Shown in pieces: positions 13,075-22,795 of a stretch of DNA of 64,000 nt. Each line of letters begins with the position of its first letter. Position 1 is the stretch's first letter. The notes beneath the pieces were generated by a model. The model was given only the letters and a program-made list of their open reading frames with translations, was not told where the DNA came from and searched no databases. The stretch comes from Vulcanimicrobiota bacterium (GTDB taxonomy: Bacteria; Vulcanimicrobiota; Vulcanimicrobiia; Vulcanimicrobiales; Vulcanimicrobiaceae). The position numbers and the translations under genes are program-made. Where the stretch lies: the NCBI GenBank assembly GCA_963786105.1, contig CAWAXX010000018.1:1-64000 (forward strand), given 5' to 3'.

Positions 13075-14031
13075 TTAAACGGGAACCTCCAGCGCTTCGA
13101 AAATCGTGCGGACTTCATCGACTTTGGGAATCGGTTTCACGAACGGCGGGGGCATCTTTCCCTTAGCCGCCATCCGCAGTCCTAAGGGCGCGACCTTTAG
13201 AAGTCCGCGGACGTTGAAACGGCCGATCGTGCCCTGAATGACCTCGGTTTCGGCCAGCATGCCGGTTTGTTTGATCGTCTTGCTGACGACCAGCGCGTGG
13301 CGCGGTCCGCGTTCGTCCATCAGAACGCGGTCTTTGATCGCCGCGCGCTTGACGTCGATGATGCGGTCGTTCGGATCGACGTGCTTCGGACAGTACGAGC
13401 AGGCGTAACAGTGGGCGCACAGCCAGAGATAGTCCTCGCTGATCTGCGCGATGCGTTCTTTGCGCTGGTCGTCGCGAACGTCTTCGATGAACCGATACGC
13501 ATACGCGATTGCGGCGGGGCCTGCAAACGCCGGATCGACGCTCACGACCGGACACAGTGCATAACAGGTCGCACACATGATGCAGTTGGCGACGTCGACG
13601 AGCTTCTTCATGTCGTCGGGCGAAACGCGGCGTTCGCGGTCGTGTGCGGAGTCGGCATCGGCCGGCTGCAGGTACGGTTTGAGCCGTGAGTACTTGTCCC
13701 AGAAGGGATCCATGTGGACGACTAGGTCCTTCATCGGCTGGAAGTTCGGCATCGGATCGATGACGACCACGCCCCGTTCGTCCATGACGGTGTTGCACGG
13801 CGTCTTGCAGGCCAAACCCGTGATGCCGTTGATGTTCATCGAACACGAACCGCAGATCGCCGAGCGGCACGACCGGCGGAAGCTGATCGAACCGTCGACT
13901 TCGGCTTTGGCGGTCTCGAGTGCGTCGAGAACGGTGGTCGTCTCGGGCACGTCGACGTCGACGGAGTCGCGGTGGGGAACGACGTCGGTCGCTTCATCGA
14001 ATCGGAAGATGTCGAGCGTGATTTTAGCCAT
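13075..14031 (-). CDS. sdhB: Succinate dehydrogenase/fumarate reductase iron-sulfur subunit
   Basis: SCRSAICGSC, CIMCATCYALCP, CAHCYACSYCP; HdrC-like C-terminal extension. Confidence 0.92.
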   Translation of the reverse strand: MAKITLDIFRFDEATDVVPHRDSVDVDVPETTTVLDALETAKAEVDGSISFRRSCRSAICGSCSMNINGITGLACKTPCNTVMDERGVVVIDPMPNFQPMKDLVVHMDPFWDKYSRLKPYLQPADADSAHDRERRVSPDDMKKLVDVANCIMCATCYALCPVVSVDPAFAGPAAIAYAYRFIEDVRDDQRKERIAQISEDYLWLCAHCYACSYCPKHVDPNDRIIDVKRAAIKDRVLMDERGPRHALVVSKTIKQTGMLAETEVIQGTIGRFNVRGLLKVAPLGLRMAAKGKMPPPFVKPIPKVDEVRTIFEALEVPV

Positions 14032-14052
14032 GTTAGGAAGCCTCTGAAGAGT

Positions 14053-15738
14053 TCAGTACGTTCTCACTTGCGGGTCGAACTCCGTGATGGTCACGGCCCT
14101 CGAATAGTCCAGCCGCGGCGGGCCGGCCGGCTGGCGCCACGCCAGCGTATGCTTGAGCCAGTTTGTGTCGTCGCGCTCGGGGTAGTCGGTCCTCGCCTGC
14201 GCGCCTCGGGATTCGGTACGCGATTTGGCGCCGGCCGCCAGCGCCAGCGACGCGTCGATCAAAAAGTCGGTTTCCATGGCGCCGACGAGATCGGTATTGA
14301 ACGTCTTGGACTTGTCCATCACGTAGGCTTCAGCGTCGAACTGCTTACGGATGCGCGTCAAATCCTCCACGGCTCTCCCAAGTCCGGCGTCGTCGCGGAA
14401 GATGAAGGTGTTGGCGCTCATAGTTTCGTTCATGGCGCGGCGCAAAGCCGGTGCACGGGTTCCCCCGGTTCGCGACAGCAGCGCGGCGACGCGATCGCGT
14501 TCCCGCCCGAGCGCTTTCTCGGAGGGCTTCACGTCGCCGATCGTCTTGATGTAGCCGAGCGCGTGGGACGCCGACCGGGCGCCGAAAACGATCGTTTCGA
14601 GCAGGGAGTTGCCTCCCAAGCGATTGGCGCCGTGGACGCTGACGTTCGCGCATTCGCCGGCAGCGTATACGCCGGGAACCCGGGTCGCCCCCCACTTGTC
14701 GGTTTCGATGCCGCCCATGGTGTAGTGTGCGCCTGGAAGAATCGGGATCGGGTCCTCGATCGCATCCTTTCCGGTGGCGTCGAGCGCGAGCTCGCGAATC
14801 TGCGGGAGGCGCTCGAGAATTTTTTCGCGGCCCAGGTGCCGCATGTCGAGCAGCACGCAGCCCTCGATCCCGCGACCCTCGAGGATCTCGGTCCACGCGG
14901 CGCGGGAGACCACGTCGCGTGAAGCGAGCTCGCCTTTGTTCGGCGCGTACTTGAACATGAAGCGCTCGCCCAGTGAGTTGAGGAGGTGCGCGCCTTCACC
15001 GCGCGCGCCTTCGGTCATGAGCACGCCGTTCTCTTTGAGCGTGGTAGGGTGGAACTGCATGAACTCCATGTCCATGAGGGGGATGCCGGCTTTATAGGCG
15101 ATTCCCATCCCGTCGGCGGTCGAGGCGTACCCGTTGGTAGTCTTGAGATACATGCGCCCCGCGCCGCCGGTCGCGAAAATCGTCGCCTTGGCGGCCACCA
15201 GCTCGAGTTCGCCGTTGCGCATATTGTAAGCCACGACGCCCGATCCGACGCCGTCCTCGACGGAAAGCGCGGTACAGAAGTACTCCTCGTACACCTTTAC
15301 GCCAAATCGCTCCAGCTGTTCCCAGAGCGTGTGCAGAATCACGAGTCCGGTCACGTCTGCCGAGTAACAGGTGCGCGGCGTTCCCGCCCCACCGAAGGGA
15401 CGCTGCGCGATGCGGCCGTCGGGCAAGCGCGAGAAGATGCAGCCGCGGTGTTCGAGCCAAATGATCTGCTTGGGGGCATCGTCGCACATCGCGGCGGCAG
15501 CGTCTTGATCGGCCAGATAGTCGGAACCCTTGACGGTGTCGAACGTATGGGCGGAGGTGGAGTCTTCCTCGCGGTTTCCCAGCGCGGCGTTGATTCCGCC
15601 CTGCGCGGCACCGGAATGGCTTCTGACCGGATGCATTTTCGAGATGATGGCGACGTCGGCACCGCCCTCGGCGGCTTCGACCGCGGCGCGCATACCTGCA
15701 AGACCGCCGCCGATCACGACCACGTCGTGTTTAATCAA
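14053..15738 (-). CDS. sdhA: Succinate dehydrogenase/fumarate reductase flavoprotein
   Basis: GGGLAG, RSHSGAAQGG (covalent FAD His), QFHPT, EGARGEG, HGANRLGGNSL. Confidence 0.95.
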   Translation of the reverse strand: MIKHDVVVIGGGLAGMRAAVEAAEGGADVAIISKMHPVRSHSGAAQGGINAALGNREEDSTSAHTFDTVKGSDYLADQDAAAAMCDDAPKQIIWLEHRGCIFSRLPDGRIAQRPFGGAGTPRTCYSADVTGLVILHTLWEQLERFGVKVYEEYFCTALSVEDGVGSGVVAYNMRNGELELVAAKATIFATGGAGRMYLKTTNGYASTADGMGIAYKAGIPLMDMEFMQFHPTTLKENGVLMTEGARGEGAHLLNSLGERFMFKYAPNKGELASRDVVSRAAWTEILEGRGIEGCVLLDMRHLGREKILERLPQIRELALDATGKDAIEDPIPILPGAHYTMGGIETDKWGATRVPGVYAAGECANVSVHGANRLGGNSLLETIVFGARSASHALGYIKTIGDVKPSEKALGRERDRVAALLSRTGGTRAPALRRAMNETMSANTFIFRDDAGLGRAVEDLTRIRKQFDAEAYVMDKSKTFNTDLVGAMETDFLIDASLALAAGAKSRTESRGAQARTDYPERDDTNWLKHTLAWRQPAGPPRLDYSRAVTITEFDPQVRTY

Positions 15739-15922
15739 TTACGACCCCTTCTGGATGACCGCACATCTCTGCTACCCTATACTATTCGCGCCGGCGGCGG
15801 CGCCCCATGACTTTAGTGTGGCCGAACGCTTGCTTTGGCATCTGGAGCCGGTGGAAAAGCCTCTCGGGGAGCCGTCCTTCAAAAAAGCGAACAACTCGCC
15901 GGCCCGTCCATAGAAAGCGCGC

Positions 15923-18900
15923 TTGAATCGTTTCGTCCATCTTCACGTTCACTCGGAATATTCGCTCCTCGATGGAGCTTGCCGGGTCGACCGTTTATGC
16001 CGCCGCGCTGCCGAGCACGGAGCCCCCGGCGTTGCCTTGACCGACCACGGCGTCATGTACGGCGCCATGGAGTTCTACTATGCCGCTCGCGAGGTGAACC
16101 TCACGCCGATCATCGGCTGCGAAGCCTACTTGGCACCGCGCGGGCGGTTCGATCGGACCGTCCGGGAAGAAGCGCACGTCACCCTTTTGGCCGCCGACCT
16201 CGTCGGCTACCGCAACCTCACCGCGCTCGTCTCAAAAGGCTTCCTCGAAGGCTACTACTACAAGCCGCGCATCGACCTCGACTTACTCGCCGAGCATCAC
16301 GACGGACTGATCGTCCTCTCGGGCTGTATGTCCGGTTTGGTATCGGCGCCGCTGCTCAAGAACGATTACGCCACCGCACTGAAGAATGCGAAGACGTACG
16401 TCGAGATCTTCGGCGACCGCTTTTACATCGAAGTCATGCGCCACGGCATGCCAGAAGAGGAAGTCATCAACACCGGGCTGATTGCCGTGGCGCGCGAGCT
16501 CGGTGTGCCGATCGTCGCCACCAACGACTCGCACTACCTGGAACAAAAAGATGCTCCGGCGCACGACGTTCTGCTCTGCATCGGTACCGGAAAAACGGTC
16601 GCCGACACCAGTCGCATGAAGTTCTATTCGGACGCGTTCTACGTAAAGTCGAGCGACGAAATGTACGCCCTTTGGAGCGACCTTCCGGAAGCCTGCGAAA
16701 ACACCGTCAAAATCGCCGAGCGCATCGATATTCGAATTCCCGAGAAAATCTTCCACCTGCCCGAGTATCCGGTACCGCAGACCGGCGGCGAGGAGAAGAG
16801 TGACGACGAATATCTGCGCGAAATCTGCGAAAGCGGCCTGCTGATGCGTTACGGCGCGGAGCGTCTTGCCTCCGATCCGGCCGTGCGGGAACGGTTCGAG
16901 TACGAGCTGGGCGTTATCACGAAGATGGGTTTCTCATCGTACTTTTTGATCGTATGGGATTTCATCAAATACGCGCGCGATCACGGGATTCCCGTCGGTC
17001 CGGGGCGTGGCTCGGCGGTAGGCTCGCTGGTGGCCTACTGTTTAAAGATCACCGATCTCGACCCGCTGCAGTTCAACCTATTCTTCGAGCGCTTCCTCAA
17101 CCCGGACCGGATTTCGATGCCCGACATCGACACGGATTTTTGCGTCGACCGGCGCGACGAAGTCATCGAATACGTCACCGAAAAGTACGGCAAGGACCGG
17201 GTAGCGCAGATCGTGACCTTCGGCACCATGGCCGCGCGAGCGGCGATCCGCGATGCGGGCCGCGCGCTCGGCGTTCCGCTTCCCGACGTCGACCGGGTCG
17301 CGAAACTGATTCCCTCGGGGCCCGGCGGTCTGACGATTTCGGACGCAGTCGATCAGCTCAGCGAGCTGAAGACAATGTATTCGACGCGCCCCGAAATTCG
17401 CAAGCTGCTCGACACGGCTAAAGAAATCGAGGGTTTGGCGCGCAACGCGGGCACGCACGCCGCCGGGGTCGTCATTTCAGCGGGCCCGCTGATCGAGTAC
17501 GCGCCGCTGGTGCGGTTCAACGAAGGTGGGGTGAACACTCAATACGATATGGAGTGGGTCGAGAAGATCGGCCTGCTCAAGATGGATTTCCTCGGTCTTC
17601 GCAACCTCACGGTCATGGACAACGCCGTCAAGGAGATCCGGCGGACGACCGATCCGGAGTTCGATCTTGCAAAAATCGCGCTGGACGACGCGAAAACGTA
17701 CGAGATGCTCGGCCGTGGCGAGACGATGGGCGTTTTTCAGTTGGAGTCCGACGGCATGAAGCGCGTCTGCGCGGAACTACGCCCGTCAAGATTCGAAGAC
17801 ATCATCGCGCTGGTCGCGTTGTACCGGCCAGGGCCGATGGACTGGATTCCCAGCTTCATCGCGATCAAACACGGCCGGCGAAAACCCAACTATCTGCATG
17901 CCAAGCTGGAGCCGATCCTTGCGGAAACCTATGGCATCGCGTGCTACCAGGAGCAGGTCATGCAGATCGCGCGCGACGTTGCCGGATTTACGATGAGCGA
18001 AGCCGACGAGTTGCGCAAGGTCATGGGAAAAAAGCAAAAAGAGAAGATTCCCATTTACCGCGACATGTTCGTGCGCGGCGCCGAAGAGACGTCGGGCATC
18101 GACCGCGATCTGGCGGAGAAAATCTTTAAGTTCGTCGAGCCGTTTGCCGGCTACGGATTCAATAAGTCGCATGCCGCGGCGTACGGGTGGATCGCCTATC
18201 AGACGGCGTACCTCAAGGCCAACCATCCGCTGCAATACCTTACGGCGCTGATGACGTCGGTGAAGGACCGGACGGATAAACTCGCGGAGTACATCGACGA
18301 AGCCAAGAAGCTCGGTATCGTGGTGCTGCCGCCCGACGTCAACGAGTCGCTGGTCGATTTCGCCGTGGTCGGCGACCGCATTCGTTTCGGCTTAGCGGCG
18401 ATCAAAGGCGTCGGCGAAGGCGCGGTGCGCAGCTTGATCGATGCGCGGGATCAAAGCGGCCCGTTCGTCGATCTCTTCGACCTCGCCAAGCGCGTCGACG
18501 CCAGACAGGTAAACCGCCGCGTGTTCGAGGCGCTCGTGAAGTGCGGCGCGCTCGACCAGCTTCCCGGACATCGGTCTGCAAAACTGGCCGCCCTCGACGC
18601 CGCCTTGGAGCTGGCCGCGCGCGCGACCCGCGACTCCGAGCTTGGCCAAGCCTCGTTGTTTGGCGACGCGAGGTCGTCCGCGTCGCTGGTACCAAAGCTG
18701 CCCATCGTGCCGGCACCGAGCACCCGGGAAATGCTGGCGTGGGAAAAGGAGACGTTGGGCGTGTTCGTTTCCGGCCATCCGCTGGCCGACGTCGCGCATT
18801 TGCTCGTTCGCCGCGGCGCTACCTTGATGAAGGATTTGAATGCGGTCGACGACGACGCGCCGGTCACCGTCGCCGGCATCGTAACCGGCGTCCGGCGGAC

Positions 18901-19387
18901 CCTTACCAAATCGGGACAGCAAATCCTCATCGCACAACTCGAAGACACGACCGGCATCTGCGAGGTGGTGGTTTTTGCGAAGATCTACGATCAGGTTCAG
19001 TCGCAGTTCAAGGCGGACGCGGTGCTCGTCGTCAAAGGGCGGCTACGTTTGCGCGAGCGCCGTGGAGCGGCTCCGGGAGAGGAACCGCCGCTCGAAATTT
19101 CGATCGTCGTGAACGAGGTTACCGAGTTCGTGCCGCCTGCGCGGGTCATCGCGCCTCAAACGCGGCGCGGTTGGCACGTAGACGTCAGCGCGCGCGAGCA
19201 AATCGACCGCCTGGCGGCTTTGATCGACGAATGGCCGGGTGACGTTCCGGTCGTCATGCACGCCCGCGGGCGCCGGCAGCGCGTGGGAAAGGGCATCGCC
19301 CCCGACGAGCGCGTGCGCGCGGAGTTGGAACGAATCTTCGGGCCGGCCTCGGTGCGTGAAGACGCGGCCGAAGACCTTCGGGGATAG
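15923..19387 (+). CDS. dnaE: DNA polymerase III alpha subunit
   Basis: FVHLHVHSEYSLLDGA PHP domain, GRGSAVGS, PDIDTDF, GLLKMDFLGL, YGFNKSH. Confidence 0.98.
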   Translation: MNRFVHLHVHSEYSLLDGACRVDRLCRRAAEHGAPGVALTDHGVMYGAMEFYYAAREVNLTPIIGCEAYLAPRGRFDRTVREEAHVTLLAADLVGYRNLTALVSKGFLEGYYYKPRIDLDLLAEHHDGLIVLSGCMSGLVSAPLLKNDYATALKNAKTYVEIFGDRFYIEVMRHGMPEEEVINTGLIAVARELGVPIVATNDSHYLEQKDAPAHDVLLCIGTGKTVADTSRMKFYSDAFYVKSSDEMYALWSDLPEACENTVKIAERIDIRIPEKIFHLPEYPVPQTGGEEKSDDEYLREICESGLLMRYGAERLASDPAVRERFEYELGVITKMGFSSYFLIVWDFIKYARDHGIPVGPGRGSAVGSLVAYCLKITDLDPLQFNLFFERFLNPDRISMPDIDTDFCVDRRDEVIEYVTEKYGKDRVAQIVTFGTMAARAAIRDAGRALGVPLPDVDRVAKLIPSGPGGLTISDAVDQLSELKTMYSTRPEIRKLLDTAKEIEGLARNAGTHAAGVVISAGPLIEYAPLVRFNEGGVNTQYDMEWVEKIGLLKMDFLGLRNLTVMDNAVKEIRRTTDPEFDLAKIALDDAKTYEMLGRGETMGVFQLESDGMKRVCAELRPSRFEDIIALVALYRPGPMDWIPSFIAIKHGRRKPNYLHAKLEPILAETYGIACYQEQVMQIARDVAGFTMSEADELRKVMGKKQKEKIPIYRDMFVRGAEETSGIDRDLAEKIFKFVEPFAGYGFNKSHAAAYGWIAYQTAYLKANHPLQYLTALMTSVKDRTDKLAEYIDEAKKLGIVVLPPDVNESLVDFAVVGDRIRFGLAAIKGVGEGAVRSLIDARDQSGPFVDLFDLAKRVDARQVNRRVFEALVKCGALDQLPGHRSAKLAALDAALELAARATRDSELGQASLFGDARSSASLVPKLPIVPAPSTREMLAWEKETLGVFVSGHPLADVAHLLVRRGATLMKDLNAVDDDAPVTVAGIVTGVRRTLTKSGQQILIAQLEDTTGICEVVVFAKIYDQVQSQFKADAVLVVKGRLRLRERRGAAPGEEPPLEISIVVNEVTEFVPPARVIAPQTRRGWHVDVSAREQIDRLAALIDEWPGDVPVVMHARGRRQRVGKGIAPDERVRAELERIFGPASVREDAAEDLRG

Positions 19388-19394
19388 GGCGCGC

Positions 19395-20201
19395 ATGCCG
19401 AAACTGGTCGCGCTGGACCTCGACGGAACGCTGATCGGTCGCGACCTCATCATTTCCCAGCCCGTTCGCCGCAGCGTCGCCCGTATGCTGGAAGCGGGAA
19501 TTCACGGCTGTTTGGTGACCGGGCGTATGTACCGAGCAACGGTGCCGTTCGCGCGCGAGCTGAACTTCCACGATCCGGTCATTTGCTATCAAGGAGCCGC
19601 GATCATCGACCCGGTGACGGACGAGGTTTTACGTCACGCCGCACTTCGCAATTCGGTCGTACGCGAGCTCATTTCAGCGACGGAATCGGATGGCATGCAC
19701 CTGCAGTTATACCGTAACGACGAATACTATGCGGAGTCGCGAAACCGGTTTTCCGATCTGTACGCCGCGCTGGCGAAAACCGAACCGGTGGTCGTTCCGT
19801 CGTTGCGCGAGTGCTTCGCGTATAGCGACGCGACCAAAGCGGTGATCGTGGCCGACGCTCCGGATGCCGAACGCTACGCGGAAAAGCTTCGCGCAACCCT
19901 CAACGGCAGGGCATACGTGACGCGCAGTCTACCGGAGTTCGTGGAGATCCTCGACCCTTCGGTCGACAAGGGCGATTCGTTAGAATTCGTCGCGAAGCGC
20001 CTCGGTATCGATATGGAGGACGTCGTCGCCATCGGCGATTCGTGGAACGACGCGCCGCTGCTCCGCGCCGCAGGCTTTGGCATCGCCATGGGATCGGCAC
20101 CGGCCGAGCTGCGCGCGGTTGCGTCCGCCGTTGTCGGCGACGTCGTCAACGACGGCGTCGCCGAAGCCATCGAGCGGTACGTGCTGGGGAGCCCGCGATG
20201 A
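19395..20201 (+). CDS. Cof-type HAD-IIB hydrolase
   Basis: LDLDGTL, VTGR, VDKG, GDSWNDAPLL, NDGVA. Confidence 0.92.
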   Translation: MPKLVALDLDGTLIGRDLIISQPVRRSVARMLEAGIHGCLVTGRMYRATVPFARELNFHDPVICYQGAAIIDPVTDEVLRHAALRNSVVRELISATESDGMHLQLYRNDEYYAESRNRFSDLYAALAKTEPVVVPSLRECFAYSDATKAVIVADAPDAERYAEKLRATLNGRAYVTRSLPEFVEILDPSVDKGDSLEFVAKRLGIDMEDVVAIGDSWNDAPLLRAAGFGIAMGSAPAELRAVASAVVGDVVNDGVAEAIERYVLGSPR

Positions 20202-20947
20202 ATCGCCGCCAGCCCGCGCGCCGGCGTAAGGCATCGGCGGCCGCGCGGCTGCGTCCCTTCTGGATTCCGATCGCAATAATCGGCGTCATCGCCGTAGGCG
20301 CCGGAGCTTTTGCGGTGGCGTGGCCAGGATTCGAACCGAAGCACGTTGCGGTGACCGGCAACCGCGTCGTCCCCCAAGCGGAGATACTGTCGCGTGCGGC
20401 GATCGCCGCCCACGTCAACATGTGGCTGCAAAACACCGGGGCGATGGCGACGCGAATCGGGGCGATACCGTACGTCGCGAGCGTGGGAGTTTACCGCCTG
20501 CCTCCGACGAGCATCGTAATCGCCGTACGGGAACGGACGCCTTTTGCGGTCGTTCGAAGCGACGAAAACGCCGTTCTCGTGGATCGCGATCTCCGCGTGC
20601 TGCAAGATGCACCCGATGATGCGACGTTACCGCAGTTCGTGTTGGAACCCGGGGTCGCGCTAGAGCCGGGGCGCTTCCTGCGCGAGCGGAGCGCGATGGC
20701 GCTGCGCGACGATTACGACGCGATGATCGCGGCCCACGTCGTACCGGTGCAACTATCGTTCGATAGATTCGGCGGACTGGTTGCAACGGTGCGCGGCGGC
20801 GTACAGATCTTGCTGGGCGACGACGCCGATCTCAACAAGAAACTCGCGCTGGTAGATCCGATACTGGCCCAAGTCGTGCGCAAGCAGCGCCACGTTTCCG
20901 CGGTCGATCTACGCGCGCCGGCTACGCCCGTCCTAGTATTTAAGTAA
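20198..20947 (+). CDS. ftsQ: Cell division protein FtsQ/DivIB
   Basis: Basic N-terminus, one TM, POTRA (VAVTGN...PYV...V.ERTP), C-terminal VDLR. Confidence 0.85.
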   Translation: MNRRQPARRRKASAAARLRPFWIPIAIIGVIAVGAGAFAVAWPGFEPKHVAVTGNRVVPQAEILSRAAIAAHVNMWLQNTGAMATRIGAIPYVASVGVYRLPPTSIVIAVRERTPFAVVRSDENAVLVDRDLRVLQDAPDDATLPQFVLEPGVALEPGRFLRERSAMALRDDYDAMIAAHVVPVQLSFDRFGGLVATVRGGVQILLGDDADLNKKLALVDPILAQVVRKQRHVSAVDLRAPATPVLVFK

Positions 20948-20955
20948 CCGGGCGA

Positions 20956-21261
20956 TTAATGCGCCGTCAGGTCTGCGTACACCATTACGCTGCCATTGAT
21001 AAGCGAAACCTTGAGCTGGTCGTTCTGTTGCACTTTGGAGAAGTCGACCGTCGCGCGACCGGCTCCAAGGGTGGTTTCGTTTCCGTTGTCCAGCGCAACC
21101 GTGAGATGCTTCGCGTCTAGCACTTTTTCGACTTTGACCGTGTAGGTACCGTCAGGGATCGACGATGCCGCCACGGTCGTGCCGGCGACCGCCGCCAACG
21201 GTGCCGCAGAAATCAGCAGAAGTGCGAGGAACGAGATCGTGCGATTCATAGATAACACCAA
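20956..21261 (-). CDS. Small secreted beta-rich hypothetical protein
   Basis: Signal peptide plus ~70-aa domain; lies between ftsQ and ftsA on the opposite strand. Confidence 0.65.
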   Translation of the reverse strand: MVLSMNRTISFLALLLISAAPLAAVAGTTVAASSIPDGTYTVKVEKVLDAKHLTVALDNGNETTLGAGRATVDFSKVQQNDQLKVSLINGSVMVYADLTAH

Positions 21262-21478
21262 TGGGGAACTCCAAACAGTCGTAACGCAAGCGTCAAAGTT
21301 GTTCGTCGCGACACGTCGCTACCCGGTGCCGAGCGCATCGATTCGCCCTTGATGCTCCGCGGATGCCTGGCACACCTGCGTGCCGGAATCATCCACAGGT
21401 TATGCTCAACCTGTTCGCACGTTTGTCCCCAAGGAGTTGCGGCCGGGCCGGCCAAGCCAAGCGAATGCCACGTTCTCG

Positions 21479-21526
21479 GGCCTATCCCTAGTAGGGATCG
21501 AAAACGAGGGCCCCAATATATTGTAT
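21479..21526. promoter_or_regulatory. Putative tandem NrdR boxes upstream of ftsA
   Basis: Cores CTATCCCTAG (21482) and perfect palindrome CAATATATTG (21514), 32 bp apart. Confidence 0.55.
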
Positions 21527-21574
21527 TTGAGGGCTTTTTGAGAAGACGCCAACGGGCGGACAGGTGACCGACGG

Positions 21575-22795
21575 ATGAAACACGAGACCGTTTGCGGCCT
21601 CGATATCGGGACGACCAAGACCTGTGCCGTCGTCGCCGTGGATGGTCCCAACGGCCTCGAAATCGTCGGCGTCGGCGAGGCGCCTTCGCTTGGCATGCGC
21701 AAGGGCGTCGTCGTCGACCTCGAAGAGACCATCAAGTCCATCGAAGCCGCCACCGAAAAGGCCGAGCGGATGGCCGGCATCCACGTCGGCGACGTTTTCG
21801 TAGGGATTACCGGCGACCATATCCGCAGCACCAACAATCGCGCGGTTGTTGCCGTGTCCGGCGAAGACCGCGAGGTATCGCATACCGACGTGCGGCGAGT
21901 GATCGATGCCAGCAAAATCATCAACTTGCCGAGCGACCGGCAAATCATTCACGCTCTGCCGCGCTACTTTACGGTCGACGGCCAAGAGGGGGTAGACGAC
22001 CCGATCGGCATGGCGGGAGGCCGGCTCGAGGTCGACACGCACATCGTCACCGGCGGGTCGAGTTTCATCACCAACGTACTCAAGTGCGTTCACCGAGCTG
22101 GGCTGGAAGCCGCCGGGCTCGTCTTCGAGCCGCTGGCTAGCTCGGCGGCGACCTTACATTCGGAAGAAAAGCAGGTCGGCGTCGTCATGCTCGATATCGG
22201 CGGCGGAACCACCGACATTGCAGTCTACTCGCTCGGCAGCGCCATCTATACGGCGACCATTCCGGTGGGGGGCAACATCCTGACCAGCGACATCTCGTTA
22301 GGGTTGAAAACGACGTTGTCGGAGGCCGAGGACGTGAAAAAGCGCTTCGGCGCCGCGGTGCGGGATGCCGGAAACGAAGAAAACTTCGACGTGCGAACGT
22401 TGGACGGACGCTCGAGCAAGGGCCATACGACCGAACAGTTGCGTCACATCGTCGTACCGCGCGTGCTCGAGACGCTCCGCATGGCAAAACAGAAGATCGT
22501 CGAAAACGTGCCCCGGGACCTCGTGCTGGGTGAAGTCGTGTTAACCGGCGGCGGTGCGCAGCTCCCGAATATCGAATCGATTGCTGAAGACGTCTTCGGC
22601 TTGCCTGTGCGGATTGGTCTGCCGAATACCGTTGGAGGATTGACCGACGCGATGGCGCTACCGCAGTACTCCACGGCGATCGGGCTCGTGCTGTTCGGTG
22701 CGAACGACGAGCACGACGCCGCCGACCCCCACCGCCGCCGCGGCGGATCGACCATGCATCGCCTGACGAAATGGATGTCGGATCTATGGAACTAG
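21575..22795 (+). CDS. ftsA: Cell division protein FtsA
   Basis: GLDIGTTK, GMRKGVVVD, EPLASS, DIGGGTTD, VLTGGGA, C-terminal amphipathic helix. Confidence 0.97.
   Translation: MKHETVCGLDIGTTKTCAVVAVDGPNGLEIVGVGEAPSLGMRKGVVVDLEETIKSIEAATEKAERMAGIHVGDVFVGITGDHIRSTNNRAVVAVSGEDREVSHTDVRRVIDASKIINLPSDRQIIHALPRYFTVDGQEGVDDPIGMAGGRLEVDTHIVTGGSSFITNVLKCVHRAGLEAAGLVFEPLASSAATLHSEEKQVGVVMLDIGGGTTDIAVYSLGSAIYTATIPVGGNILTSDISLGLKTTLSEAEDVKKRFGAAVRDAGNEENFDVRTLDGRSSKGHTTEQLRHIVVPRVLETLRMAKQKIVENVPRDLVLGEVVLTGGGAQLPNIESIAEDVFGLPVRIGLPNTVGGLTDAMALPQYSTAIGLVLFGANDEHDAADPHRRRGGSTMHRLTKWMSDLWN

Noticed and set aside
15923..19387. Intein in dnaE
   Set aside because: Normal length (1154 aa) and contiguous motifs; no intein signature seen
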